Of a DNA stretch of 64,000 bases, positions 21,182-31,076 are shown one piece after another. Numbering within the stretch: position 1 is the first letter of the stretch; each line of letters begins with the position of its first letter. Under the pieces are notes generated by a model. The model did not search any database. It saw nothing but the letters and a program-made list of their open reading frames with translations, and was not told where the DNA came from. A program made the position numbers and the translations under genes. This DNA is from an uncultured Chloroflexia bacterium. GTDB taxonomy: Bacteria > Chloroflexota > Limnocylindria > Limnocylindrales > CSP1-4. The stretch covers positions 224,001 through 288,000 of the forward strand of contig CAVTHS010000003.1 of NCBI GenBank assembly GCA_963734535.1. Reading direction: 5' to 3'.

Positions 21182-21795
21182 GGCGGCTCCTCGGGATCGA
21201 CCTCGGAACGCGACGGATCGGACTGGCAATCGCCGAGGCCGGTGCGCTCCGCGCGCGCCCGCTCGCGACGCTCGGCCGTGGCCGCTCGATCGACGCCGAC
21301 ACAGACGCGGTCGGTCAGGTGGCAGCCGCCAACGGCATCGGGGAGCTGGTCGTGGGCCTGCCCCTGGACATGTCCGGGGAGGAAGGGCCGGCAGCCCTCG
21401 CCGCCCGGCAGTGGGCGGTCGCGATCGCGGACGCCACGGGCCTGCCCGTCACGCTGCGCGACGAGCGCCTCTCCAGCCACGTGGCGGAGGGCCGCGTCGG
21501 TCGGGCGAAGCGCGGGCCCTCCGGAGGCCCGCCCGGCCCGGTCCGTCGGGCGGCGAATCGGGCCCGGATCGATCGCGAGGCGGCGGGCGTGATCCTCGAG
21601 GACGAGCTCGCGGCCCGGGAGCTGGGGCTGCCCGGGGAGCGGATCGTGGCGGCGGACGCCCGGGGGGATCGCTCGGGCCGCGCTCCGGCGGAGTCGGGTA
21701 CCCTTGGGGTGCATCCGGACGACGCCGAAGGCCATGCCCGCGGTCCCTCCCGGTCTCCCGGGACCGGGCCTGGCCCCCACGAGGAAACCCGATGA
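21178..21795 (+). CDS. ruvX: Putative pre-16S rRNA nuclease / Holliday junction resolvase RuvX (YqgF)
   Basis: LLGIDLGTRRIGLA, VVGLPLDMSG, DERLSS, IDREAAGVIL. Confidence 0.92.
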   Translation: MRRLLGIDLGTRRIGLAIAEAGALRARPLATLGRGRSIDADTDAVGQVAAANGIGELVVGLPLDMSGEEGPAALAARQWAVAIADATGLPVTLRDERLSSHVAEGRVGRAKRGPSGGPPGPVRRAANRARIDREAAGVILEDELAARELGLPGERIVAADARGDRSGRAPAESGTLGVHPDDAEGHARGPSRSPGTGPGPHEETR

Positions 21796-23195
21796 CGATC
21801 CGCGGCGGCGGCAGTCCGCGAGACGACCGCGACGCAGCGCCGGAACGCACCTCGATGGCGCATCGCCTGGGCGACGCGGCGGTGCGGTCCCGACCCGCCC
21901 GCACGGCCGGCGCGGCCCCGGGCCGCTCGGGCACGATCTCCGCCTCCGAGATGGTCGGTCGGGGACCCCGCGGACGGGGATCCGGGTCCCTCCGGTTCAT
22001 CCTGTTCCTGCTGCTGGGCGCAGGGCTCGTGCTCGCCCTCCTCGCGACGATCGGACGTCCGCTCGTGCGCGGCGTCGTCGTCGACCTGGCGGGCGACAAC
22101 CCGGGCGCGCTCGGCATCGGGTTCGTGGCGGACATGGTGCGCGAGGACCTGGGCAGCGCCCTGACGGACCCCGCGGGGTCGAACGCGACGGACGTCCCCT
22201 TCGCCGTCGCGACCGGCGACACCGCGACCACGATCGCCTCGCGGCTCGCCGAAGTGGGAGTGCTCCGCGATCCGCGCGCCTTCGTGCTCATCTCCCTCGA
22301 ACGGAACGCGACCACGAGCTACCGGGCCGGCGACTTCGTGGTCCGCCAGACGATGACGCCGGAACAGCTGTCCGCGGCGCTCCTGGCGCCGCCGGCGCCG
22401 GACCTGCACATCGTGCTGTCGATCCGAACCGGGCTTCGCCTCGAGCAGATCGCGGCGCTCATCCAGGCAAAGCCCGCGGACCGCGGGCTCGCCTCTCTTG
22501 CCATGTCCGCCTCCGCGTTCCTGGACCTGGTCCGCACGCCGCCGGCGTCACTCCTGCGGGATTACCCGTGGCTGCAGATCCCCAAAGGGGGAACGCTCGA
22601 GGGCTACCTGGCAGCGGGCGACTACCCGATCCTCCCCGACGTGACGCCGGACCAGCTGGTCCGAATGATGCTCGACCGGTTCATCAGCGAGGTCGGGGCG
22701 GAGCGCATGAACGTCGCCGCGTCCCGCGGGCTCACCTGGTACCAGGTCCTCAGCCTGGCTTCGATCGTCGAGCAGGAGGCGGCCGTCGACTCCGAGCGCC
22801 CGCTGATCGCGGGCGTCTACCAGAACCGCATCCTCAGGGGCATGATCCTCAACGCGGACCCAACCGTCATCTACGGAAACGACACCCTGAACCTTGCCGA
22901 CCTCGCGATGCCCGCATGGGCGACCTACAGCTTCTGGAACCTGGTCGGGTCCCCGCTTGCCAGCGTGAAATTCCCGCCGGCGCTGGCGGGCTTCCAGACG
23001 TACCAGCACCCGGGCCTGATCCCCGCGCCGATCTGCACGCCAACCGTGGCTTCCATCGACGCCGCGCTCGCGCCCAACACCAAGGCCGGCTACCTCTACT
23101 TCGTGGCCAAGCAGGACGGCAGCAGGACGCACGCCTTCGCGAAGACCGCTGCCGAGCACGAAGCCAACCTGCGGAAATACGGGTACATCAAGTGA
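21792..23195 (+). CDS. mltG: Endolytic transglycosylase MltG
   Basis: N-terminal TM, LEGYL, LASIVEQEA, IAGVYQNR..GM.LNADPTV.Y, YLYFVA, HAFAKT..EH. Confidence 0.93.
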   Translation: MTIRGGGSPRDDRDAAPERTSMAHRLGDAAVRSRPARTAGAAPGRSGTISASEMVGRGPRGRGSGSLRFILFLLLGAGLVLALLATIGRPLVRGVVVDLAGDNPGALGIGFVADMVREDLGSALTDPAGSNATDVPFAVATGDTATTIASRLAEVGVLRDPRAFVLISLERNATTSYRAGDFVVRQTMTPEQLSAALLAPPAPDLHIVLSIRTGLRLEQIAALIQAKPADRGLASLAMSASAFLDLVRTPPASLLRDYPWLQIPKGGTLEGYLAAGDYPILPDVTPDQLVRMMLDRFISEVGAERMNVAASRGLTWYQVLSLASIVEQEAAVDSERPLIAGVYQNRILRGMILNADPTVIYGNDTLNLADLAMPAWATYSFWNLVGSPLASVKFPPALAGFQTYQHPGLIPAPICTPTVASIDAALAPNTKAGYLYFVAKQDGSRTHAFAKTAAEHEANLRKYGYIK

Positions 23196-24418
23196 CCCGG
23201 GGCGGACCGGACGGCCTGCCGGTCGCGGCCGATTTCGCGCCGCCGCCCGGCCCCCGCCGGAGACGGGCCTGGGACGAGGCGGACAGGGCGGCCCGTCCTG
23301 CCAGGCTCGCGCGCCTTCGTGCTCACCTCTCCGCGGAGGGGATCGATGCGTACTTCGGCCTCGGCCGCGAGGAGATCCGGTACCTGGCCGGGGTCGCCCT
23401 CGGCGACGGCGAGGAGAAGGTCGCCGGCCATTCCGGCCGGTTCCTCGTGTCCGCGGAGGCAGTGGTCGTGCTCGCCGACAGCCGCTACACGCTCCAGGCC
23501 CGCCGCGAGGCACCCGATGCGCGCGTCGAGGTGGTGACCTACGACCTGGCCGCCCGGTGGGCCGAGCTGTGCGGCTCGATCGGCGCCCGCCGGGTTGCGG
23601 TGCCCGCCGCCGACATCAGCCATGCGCTCTGGGGAGAGCTGGCCGCGGCCGCCCCCGGCGTGGAGCTGGTGCCTGCCGGCCCCTGGGTCGCCGAGGATCG
23701 CGCGGTCAAGGAGCCGGCCGAGATCGAGCGGATCGCGGCCGCCTGCGCCGTCGCGGATCGCGCGCTCGCGATGCTCCTGCCCGAGATCCGCCCCGGCGTG
23801 ACCGAGGCATCGCTCGCGTGGCGCCTGGAGACGATGATGCGGGAGGGTGGCGCCGAGGCGCTCGCCTTCGATGTGGCGGCGCTCGCTGGCCCCCAGGCCG
23901 CGCTGCCCCACGGATCACCGGGCGAGCGGCGCGTTCGCACGGGCCAGGTGCTGCTCTTCGACTTCGGGGCGCAGGTCGCGGGTTATCGGAGCGACATGAC
24001 GCGGACGCTCTTCGTCGGCGAGCCGCGACCGCGCGACCTGGCGGTCCACGAGCTGGTGGCGCGCGCCCAGGCGGCCACGATCGCGTACCTGGAGGCATCG
24101 CTGGCGGCCGGGACCGTCCCGAACGGGCGGGCGGCCGACGCGGCGGCGCGCGACGTCATCGCCGCGGCCGGCCACGGGCACCACTTCGGGCATGGCACCG
24201 GGCACGGGATCGGCCTCGCCACGCACGAGGCGCCGTCGCTCTCGCGCGTGGCGTCGGACGCGCCGCTGCCGAGCCCGACCGTCTTCTCCGTGGAGCCCGG
24301 CGTCTACCTCGACGGCCGGACGGGCGTCCGGATCGAGGATCTCGTCCACTTCGATGTGGCCGCGGGCCGGGTCGACCGTCTCACGCGCTTCCCTCGCGAG
24401 GTGCTCGTCGTCGGGTGA
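23192..24418 (+). CDS. Xaa-Pro aminopeptidase (M24B family)
   Basis: DSRY, LPHG, DFGA...GYRSDMTRT, HGTGHGIGL..HEAP, SVEPGVY, GVRIED. Confidence 0.93.
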   Translation: MTRGGPDGLPVAADFAPPPGPRRRRAWDEADRAARPARLARLRAHLSAEGIDAYFGLGREEIRYLAGVALGDGEEKVAGHSGRFLVSAEAVVVLADSRYTLQARREAPDARVEVVTYDLAARWAELCGSIGARRVAVPAADISHALWGELAAAAPGVELVPAGPWVAEDRAVKEPAEIERIAAACAVADRALAMLLPEIRPGVTEASLAWRLETMMREGGAEALAFDVAALAGPQAALPHGSPGERRVRTGQVLLFDFGAQVAGYRSDMTRTLFVGEPRPRDLAVHELVARAQAATIAYLEASLAAGTVPNGRAADAAARDVIAAAGHGHHFGHGTGHGIGLATHEAPSLSRVASDAPLPSPTVFSVEPGVYLDGRTGVRIEDLVHFDVAAGRVDRLTRFPREVLVVG

Positions 24419-24586
24419 CCGGGCCCGCTCGCCGGGGCGGCCGCGAGGCTCGTCCGGCAGGCACCCGGGTGCGTCGGGTCGGCCGGCGCGGGGAGTGGGT
24501 CGGCCCGTCTGCTACGATCCATCGCACCATCACGATCAGCTGCGCCGGCGCGCGCCCATTCCCGCCGGCCCCCGAGGGAGCCTTCC

Positions 24587-25144
24587 ATGATCTCCACCGG
24601 CGAGCTGCACAAGGGCGTCGTCATCGAGCTCGACGGCGACCTCTGGCAGATTCTCGACTACCACCACATCAAGATGGGCCGTGGATCGGCCCAGGTCCGG
24701 ATCAAGCTCAAGAACGTGAAGAAGGGCTCGATCGTCGAGAAGTCCTTCCAGGCAGGCGAGCGGTGGCCGCGGGCACAGCTCGATCGGCGCCCGATCCAGT
24801 TCATGTACCGCGACGGCGACGCCTTCCACTTCATGGAGATGGAGACGTACGAGCAGTTCCACCTCAACGCGGACCAGCTCGAGGACGCCGTCAACTACAT
24901 GAAGGACGGCATGACGCTCGACCGGATCAGCTATGACGGTGAGACGCTCGGCGTGGAGCTCCCGATCACGGTGGACCTCCTGGTCGTCGGGACGGATCCC
25001 GGCTTCGCCGGCGACACCGCGACAGGCGCCCGCAAGCCCGCCACGACCGAGTCCGGCCTGATCGTGCAGGTGCCGCTCTTCGTGACCGAGGGCGACACCA
25101 TCCGCGTCGACACGCGCACTGGCGAGTACCAGACCCGGCTCTAG
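24587..25144 (+). CDS. efp: Translation elongation factor P
   Basis: HIKMGRGSAQVRIKLKN, TDPGFAGDT, VQVPLFV, VDTRTGEY. Confidence 0.97.
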   Translation: MISTGELHKGVVIELDGDLWQILDYHHIKMGRGSAQVRIKLKNVKKGSIVEKSFQAGERWPRAQLDRRPIQFMYRDGDAFHFMEMETYEQFHLNADQLEDAVNYMKDGMTLDRISYDGETLGVELPITVDLLVVGTDPGFAGDTATGARKPATTESGLIVQVPLFVTEGDTIRVDTRTGEYQTRL

Positions 25145-25194
25145 CTGCCTCCCCGGGCCGCCGCGAACCCCAGCCGAACGCCGGAGCTGCGTGC

Positions 25195-26634
25195 GTGCCC
25201 GACGACGAGCCGCCGGACTGGGCGCTCCCCGCGTGGGACGCGATCGACCTCGGGACGCGGCCCCCCGACCGATCGCGACCCGGCCGCCCCGCCGGCACGT
25301 TCGGGCTCCGGATCCTGGCCGTCACCGAGGTCACCCACGCGGTCCGCGACGCGCTTCGCGAGGATCCGCGGCTCGCCGACCTGTGGGTCGAGGGCGAGGT
25401 GGGCCGCGTGACGGTCAGCTCGGCAGGCCACGCCTACTTCACCCTGCGCGACGAGAAGAGCCAGCTCGCCTGCGTCTTCTTCCGCGAGGACCGACAGGCC
25501 AGCGCGTTCGAGCCGCAGTCAGGGATGCGGGTGATCGTGCATGGCCGGATCGACGTCTTCGACGCGCAGGGCGTCTACCAGTGCTATGTCGCCGCGATCC
25601 AGCCGGCGGGCTTCGGTGACCTGGCCCTCCGATTCGAGCAGACGAAGGCGCGCCTCGCGGCGGAGGGGCTGTTCGACGCGAGGCGCAAGCGGCCGCTCCC
25701 CGTGCGTCCGGCGACGATCGCCGTCGTCACCAGCCTGTCGGGCGCGGTGATCCACGACATCCGGCGCGTGCTGGCGCGGCGCTGGCCCCTTGTCCGCGTC
25801 GTCGTGAGCGCCTGTCGCGTCCAGGGGGACGGCGCCGCCGAGACGATCGTGGCGGCGCTTGGCCGGCTGGCCCGCTACGACGCCGCCTGCCGCGCGAACG
25901 ACCGGGCGGCGGATGCCCCGGGGCTCGTCATCGTTGCCCGCGGCGGCGGTTCGCTCGAGGATCTCTTCGCCTTCAATGACGAGCGCGTCGTGCGTGCCAT
26001 CGCCGGCCATCCGGTGCCGGTGGTGAGCGGCATCGGCCACGAGACGGACGTGACGCTCTCGGACTTCGCGGCCGACCTCCGTGCGCCGACGCCGTCGGCG
26101 GCCGCCGAGCTCGCCGTGCCCGACCGGCTCGAGGTCGTGATGGCGCTCCGCGGGCGGCGTCGCAGGCTCGACGAGGCGGCGACGCGCGCCCTTGCCGGTT
26201 CCTCCCGTCGGGTGGCCGCGGAACGGCGCGCACTCGAGGGGCTGCGGCCCGCGACGCGGCTGGCGGCCGCCCGGGAGCGGGCCGGGTACCTCCTGGACCG
26301 CGCGACCGCTGCCATCTCGGGGCGGATTGCCGTCGATCGCCGCGCCACCGAGCACGCCGCGCGCGACCTCGGGCCACTCGTCGGGGGACGCCTCCGGCGC
26401 GAACGCGGGCGGCTCGCGACGGCGTCGGCAGCCCTCGGCGCGCTGGGTCCGGAGGCCACCCTCGCCCGCGGCTACGCGATCGTGCGGCGCGCGGAGGATG
26501 GAGCGATCCTCCGCGATCCCGCCGAGTCGCCGGCCGGGACGCGGCTCCGCCTGCGCCTGGCCCGGGGCGAGCTGGCCGCCCGCGCCGAGAGCGTCGAGCC
26601 TGCCGCCCATTCGGGGGGCGAAGCACGTGGCTGA
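25195..26634 (+). CDS. xseA: Exodeoxyribonuclease VII large subunit
   Basis: WVEGEV, GHAYFTLRD, RGGGSLEDLFAFNDE, SGIGHETD, RAPTPSAAAE. Confidence 0.95.
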   Translation: MPDDEPPDWALPAWDAIDLGTRPPDRSRPGRPAGTFGLRILAVTEVTHAVRDALREDPRLADLWVEGEVGRVTVSSAGHAYFTLRDEKSQLACVFFREDRQASAFEPQSGMRVIVHGRIDVFDAQGVYQCYVAAIQPAGFGDLALRFEQTKARLAAEGLFDARRKRPLPVRPATIAVVTSLSGAVIHDIRRVLARRWPLVRVVVSACRVQGDGAAETIVAALGRLARYDAACRANDRAADAPGLVIVARGGGSLEDLFAFNDERVVRAIAGHPVPVVSGIGHETDVTLSDFAADLRAPTPSAAAELAVPDRLEVVMALRGRRRRLDEAATRALAGSSRRVAAERRALEGLRPATRLAAARERAGYLLDRATAAISGRIAVDRRATEHAARDLGPLVGGRLRRERGRLATASAALGALGPEATLARGYAIVRRAEDGAILRDPAESPAGTRLRLRLARGELAARAESVEPAAHSGGEARG

Positions 26635-26824
26635 CCTGGTGGTCTTCGTCGCGCTCGTCGGGCTCATCGGTGCGGCCGGGGTCCTGCTTGGTATGCTCGC
26701 GGCGCGGCGGCTTGGCGCCTGGGACGACCGGCGATCCGCCGCCGCGGACGCAGCCACGGCCCCGGGCATCTTCGGGCCGGCGATCGACGACCTGGGCCAG
26801 GATGGAGGCGAGACCCTTGACTGA
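26627..26824 (+). CDS. Small single-TM hypothetical protein (65 aa) between xseA and xseB
   Basis: LVVFVALVGLIGAAGVLLGMLAARR; overlaps both neighbours. Confidence 0.55.
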   Translation: MADLVVFVALVGLIGAAGVLLGMLAARRLGAWDDRRSAAADAATAPGIFGPAIDDLGQDGGETLD

Positions 26825-27110
26825 GGCGCTCGTGGCGCTCGAGACCCTGACCTTCGACGCGGCCCTGGCCGAGCTCGAGCGGACCGTCGCGGAGCTCGAG
26901 GCGGGCGGCCTGCCGCTGGAGCAGACGATCGCCCGCTACGAGCGGGGCGTCGCCCTGGAGCAGCGCTGCGAGCAGCTCCTCGCCGATGCCGAGCTGCGCG
27001 TCCGGCGACTCGTCGAGGGGGCGCGAGGGGCGCTGGAGGTGGCCGAGCTCCGGCTCGACCCCGACGCGGCGGAGACGCCGTCGGGCGCCCTCCCGGGGGC
27101 CGGAGAGTAG
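26817..27110 (+). CDS. xseB: Exodeoxyribonuclease VII small subunit
   Basis: TFDAALAELERTVAELEAG.LPLE..IARYERG..L...C...L..AE. Confidence 0.92.
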   Translation: MTEALVALETLTFDAALAELERTVAELEAGGLPLEQTIARYERGVALEQRCEQLLADAELRVRRLVEGARGALEVAELRLDPDAAETPSGALPGAGE

Positions 27111-27223
27111 ACTCGCGGGATCGCCCGGCGGGCACCAACGAGGGTCTCCGTCCTCGGCGAGCGTCATTCGATACGAAGCCGCGTCCCGCGGCGTACGAGC
27201 ACGCCGAACCAAGGAGCCAGCGC

Positions 27224-29275
27224 GTGGCGATCCTGCCGACTCTCCACGGCCCGGGCGATCTTCGCGGCATGAGCGAGACCCGGCTCGCGGAGCTTGCCGA
27301 AGAGATCCGCCGGGCAATCATCTCCACCGTCGCCACGACCGGGGGCCACCTTGGCTCTTCGCTCGGCGTGGTGGAGATCACCCTTGCCCTCCACCGTATT
27401 CTCGAGTCGCCCCGCGACCGGATCGTCTGGGACACCGGGCACCAGGCCTACCCGCACAAGCTGCTCACCGGGCGCTACGCGCGCTTCGGGACGCTTCGCC
27501 AGCTCGGCGGGATCGGGGGCTTCCCGCGCCGCAGCGAGTCGGACCACGATGTCTTCGACGGCGGCCACGCGGGGACGGGCCTCTCGATCGCGGCGGGGCT
27601 TGCGACCGCGCGGGACGTCCGCCACGGGATGGAGCGCATCGCCGTCATCGTCGGCGACGCGGCGCTCATGAGCGGGCTCTCGCTCGAGGCGCTCAACGAC
27701 CTGGGTCATCGCCACACGCCGGTTCTCATCATCCTCAATGACAACGAGATGTCGATCAGCCCATCGGTGGGCGCGCTCTCGAAGTACCTCTCGGAGATCA
27801 AGCTCTCCACCGCATGGCAGCAGTCGAAGCGCGGCTACGACCAGTTCGTCGAGCGGGTGCCGATGGTCGGGCCGACTGCCCTCGAGTTCAGCCGGCGCGT
27901 CCGCAAGTCGGTGGTCAGCTTCGCCCAGCCCGGTCAGCTCTTCGAGGATCTCGGGATCACGTACATCGGGGTCGTTCCCGGCCACGACCTGCGGACGCTC
28001 GAGCATACGTTCCGCAGCGCCCTCGCCCTCGACGCGCCGGTCCTGGTCCACGTCCGGACCCAGAAGGGCCGCGGCTACCACCCGGCGGAGAAGGATCAGG
28101 TCGGCTTCCACGGCGCCGCGCTGCCGCCCATGACGGACTCCCACGAGGCGCGCCGGGGCAGGTCGGCCAGCCCGTTCGGGGCCGGCGAGATCAGCGCCGT
28201 CTCGACCGGGACGGGTGCACGAAACGGCGGCGCAGTGCGTCCGGCGGCGGAGCAGGCGGCCCAGGCGAAGCAGCCGAACTACACCTATCACTTCGCGCAG
28301 GAGATCGTCGCCGCCGCCCGCGAGGATCGCCGGATCGTCGCGATCACGGCCGGAATGCCGACCGGGACCGGGCTCAACCGGTTCCAGGCGGAGTTCCCGG
28401 ACCGCTTCATCGACGTCGGGATCGCGGAGCAGCACGCAGTCGCGCTCGCGACGGGGATCGCCCTCGGCGGAGGGCGCCCGGTCGTCGCGATCTACGCCAC
28501 CTTCCTCCAGCGCGCGTTCGACCAGATCGTGCACGACGCAGCACAGAACGACCAGCCGATCCTGATCGGCGTGGACCGTGCCGGCCTCGTGGGCGAGGAC
28601 GGGACCAGTCACCAGGGGATGTTCTCGTACCCGGCCCACCGCCAGATCCCGAACCTCGTCATCGCCGCGCCGAAGGACGAGCAGGAGCTGCGCTCGCTGG
28701 TCCGGACCGCGCTCGCCCAGGAGCACCCGTTCGCCCTCAACTACCCGCGCGACGCCGGCTTCGGTGTGCCCGAGCGGACGCCGGAGGTCCTCCCGGTGGG
28801 GCGTGGCGAGGTCCTTCGCGAAGGGACGGACATCCTCCTTGTCGGGTTCGGGCCGATCGTCGCCCGGGGACTCGAGGTCGCCGACGCGCTTGCCGCCGGC
28901 GGATGGTCGGTCGGCGTGATCAACGCCCGCTTCCTCAAGCCGATGGACCGCCAGCTGATCCTGGACCAGGCGCGCGGGAAGCGCCTCGTGGTCACGCTCG
29001 AAGAGAGCACCGTGATCGGCGGGTTCGGCTCCGCGATCCTCGAGGTGCTCGAGGAGGCGCGGCTGGCCGATCCGGCATACCGCGAGGTGGCCCTCCGGAT
29101 CGTGGGCATCCCGGGCGATCGGTTCATCGACCACGGGTCGGTGGGCGATCTGCGAAGGCTCATCCGCCTGGACACTCCCGGGATCCTTGCCCAGGTGCAC
29201 GAGACCCTGGACCTGCTCCGCGCCACGCCGCCTGCCGCGACTGTCCGCCCACCCTCGGCGACGGCGCCTGCCTGA
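27224..29275 (+). CDS. dxs: 1-deoxy-D-xylulose-5-phosphate synthase
   Basis: GGHLGSSLG, WDTGHQAYPHK, LNDNEMSIS, DVGIAEQHAV, FLQRAFDQ, DRAGLVGEDG. Confidence 0.97.
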   Translation: MAILPTLHGPGDLRGMSETRLAELAEEIRRAIISTVATTGGHLGSSLGVVEITLALHRILESPRDRIVWDTGHQAYPHKLLTGRYARFGTLRQLGGIGGFPRRSESDHDVFDGGHAGTGLSIAAGLATARDVRHGMERIAVIVGDAALMSGLSLEALNDLGHRHTPVLIILNDNEMSISPSVGALSKYLSEIKLSTAWQQSKRGYDQFVERVPMVGPTALEFSRRVRKSVVSFAQPGQLFEDLGITYIGVVPGHDLRTLEHTFRSALALDAPVLVHVRTQKGRGYHPAEKDQVGFHGAALPPMTDSHEARRGRSASPFGAGEISAVSTGTGARNGGAVRPAAEQAAQAKQPNYTYHFAQEIVAAAREDRRIVAITAGMPTGTGLNRFQAEFPDRFIDVGIAEQHAVALATGIALGGGRPVVAIYATFLQRAFDQIVHDAAQNDQPILIGVDRAGLVGEDGTSHQGMFSYPAHRQIPNLVIAAPKDEQELRSLVRTALAQEHPFALNYPRDAGFGVPERTPEVLPVGRGEVLREGTDILLVGFGPIVARGLEVADALAAGGWSVGVINARFLKPMDRQLILDQARGKRLVVTLEESTVIGGFGSAILEVLEEARLADPAYREVALRIVGIPGDRFIDHGSVGDLRRLIRLDTPGILAQVHETLDLLRATPPAATVRPPSATAPA

Positions 29276-29347
29276 CGGCGATGCGGCGCCGGATGCGTCA
29301 CGGGCCGGGATGCGCCGGAGTGCAGCGGTGCGTGGCATGATCGCGCG

Positions 29348-30229
29348 GTGAGCACCGCCGGCCGCGTGGATCCCCCGACCTCGATGGCCAGCCCGGCGCG
29401 CCCGCGGCGTGCGCGGCGCGTCCGGCTGGACCAGCTGCTCGTGGAGCGCGGGCTCGTCGAGACCCGGAGCCGGGCGCAGGCGCTCCTCCTCGCCGGCCGC
29501 GTGCGCGTGGGGGCGGGTGACGCGGCCCGGTTTGACCGGAAGCCCGGGGACCTGGTCGACGGCTCCCTCGCGCTGGAGGTCGCCACGCCCATGCCCTTCG
29601 TCTCGCGGGGCGGGGAGAAGCTCGCCGGCGCCCTCGACGCGTTCCGGGTGGATCCGTCGGGCCTGGTCTGCCTGGACGCCGGCGCGTCGACCGGTGGGTT
29701 CACGGACGCGCTGCTGCAGCGCGGCGCCGCCCGGGTTCACGCCGTGGACGTCGGTCGCGGACAGCTCGCGGCATCGCTCGTCCGCAACCCGCGGGTGATC
29801 GTCCACGACCGGGTCAACGCGCGCCACCTGGAGCCCGCCATGCTGGGCGAGCCGGTGTCGCTTGCAGTCGTCGACGTCTCGTTCATCTCGCTGGCGCTGG
29901 TGCTCGGGCCGGTGGCACGCTGCGTCACCGCCGGCGGCCGGATCGTCGCGCTCGTGAAGCCCCAGTTCGAGGCCGGGCGAGGTGAGGTGCCGGGCGGGGT
30001 CGTGCGTGATCCCGCGGTCCATCATGCCGTCCTGGCGCGAGCCCTCGCGACTGCCCGGGGCCTCGGCCTCGTCCCGCTCGACGTCACGCGGTCGACCCTG
30101 ATCGGTCCCGCGGGCAATCGCGAGTTCTTCGTGCACCTCGGCGTGCCGGACCCCGCAGCCCCGGACGCCCTGGGCCGCGACGCGCGACCGGACCTGGCCG
30201 CCCGCGTCGCGGGATGCACCGCCCCATGA
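29348..30229 (+). CDS. tlyA: TlyA-family rRNA 2'-O-methyltransferase
   Basis: S4 domain RLDQLLVERGL, FVSRGGEKL, DAGASTGGFTD, DVSFISL, LVKPQFE, GPAGNREF. Confidence 0.95.
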   Translation: MSTAGRVDPPTSMASPARPRRARRVRLDQLLVERGLVETRSRAQALLLAGRVRVGAGDAARFDRKPGDLVDGSLALEVATPMPFVSRGGEKLAGALDAFRVDPSGLVCLDAGASTGGFTDALLQRGAARVHAVDVGRGQLAASLVRNPRVIVHDRVNARHLEPAMLGEPVSLAVVDVSFISLALVLGPVARCVTAGGRIVALVKPQFEAGRGEVPGGVVRDPAVHHAVLARALATARGLGLVPLDVTRSTLIGPAGNREFFVHLGVPDPAAPDALGRDARPDLAARVAGCTAP

Positions 30230-31074
30230 CCGAGATCCGGCGGATCGGCTTCGCCTACAACCCGACGAAGGACGACGCGGTCGAGCTCTCGGCTCGCGCC
30301 ACCGGCTGGTGCGCCGTGCGCGGCATCGAGTCGTGGACCCTCGCCTCCGCGGACCACGAGCGCCTCGTGCGCGCACTGCCCGGGACGCAGGTTCTCGTCG
30401 TGCTCGGCGGCGACGGCACGTTCCTGCGTGCGGCCCGGGCGGTCACCGAGGTCGACGTGCCGATCGTGGGCGTGAACCTCGGCAAGGTCGGCTTCCTCTC
30501 CAAGGCCGAGGCGCACGAGCTCGAGCCACTCCTCGAGAAGCTTCGGACGGGCGCATACACGCTCGAGCCGCGGATGGCGCTCCGAGGGTCGATCCACGGC
30601 CCCGGCGGCGGCGCACCGCGACGCACGTTCGTCGCGCTCAACGACGTGGTCATCGCGCGCGGATCGCTCGCCCGCGTCGTCCGGCTGGAGGTGGACATCG
30701 GACCGTCGCACCTCGCCACGTACGTGGCCGACGGGCTGGTGGTGGCCAGCCCGACCGGCTCCACGGGTTACTCCTTCTCGGCCGGTGGGCCGATCCTCGA
30801 CCCGCTGAGCCGGAATCTCGTCGTCTCGCCGATCGCCGCCTACCTCTCGGCAATTCGCTCGGTCGTGGTGAGCCCCGACCACGTGGTCAGCTGTCGCGTC
30901 GCGGAGGCACACGAGGCGCTCGTCTCGATCGATGGGCGCGAGGACGTCCGCTTGTCTGTGGGCGACGTGGTCACGGTGGCAGCGCTCCAGCGGCCGGTCC
31001 GCTTCCTCGAGCCCGATGGCGCCCTGCCGTTCTGGGACCTCCTGCGCCAGAAGGCGCAGCTGCTGCCCTCCTGA
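30226..31074 (+). CDS. nadK: NAD(+) kinase
   Basis: LGGDGTFL, GVNLGKVGFL, ALNDV, DGLVVASPTGSTGYSFSAGGP. Confidence 0.96.
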   Translation: MTEIRRIGFAYNPTKDDAVELSARATGWCAVRGIESWTLASADHERLVRALPGTQVLVVLGGDGTFLRAARAVTEVDVPIVGVNLGKVGFLSKAEAHELEPLLEKLRTGAYTLEPRMALRGSIHGPGGGAPRRTFVALNDVVIARGSLARVVRLEVDIGPSHLATYVADGLVVASPTGSTGYSFSAGGPILDPLSRNLVVSPIAAYLSAIRSVVVSPDHVVSCRVAEAHEALVSIDGREDVRLSVGDVVTVAALQRPVRFLEPDGALPFWDLLRQKAQLLPS

Positions 31075-31076
31075 GC

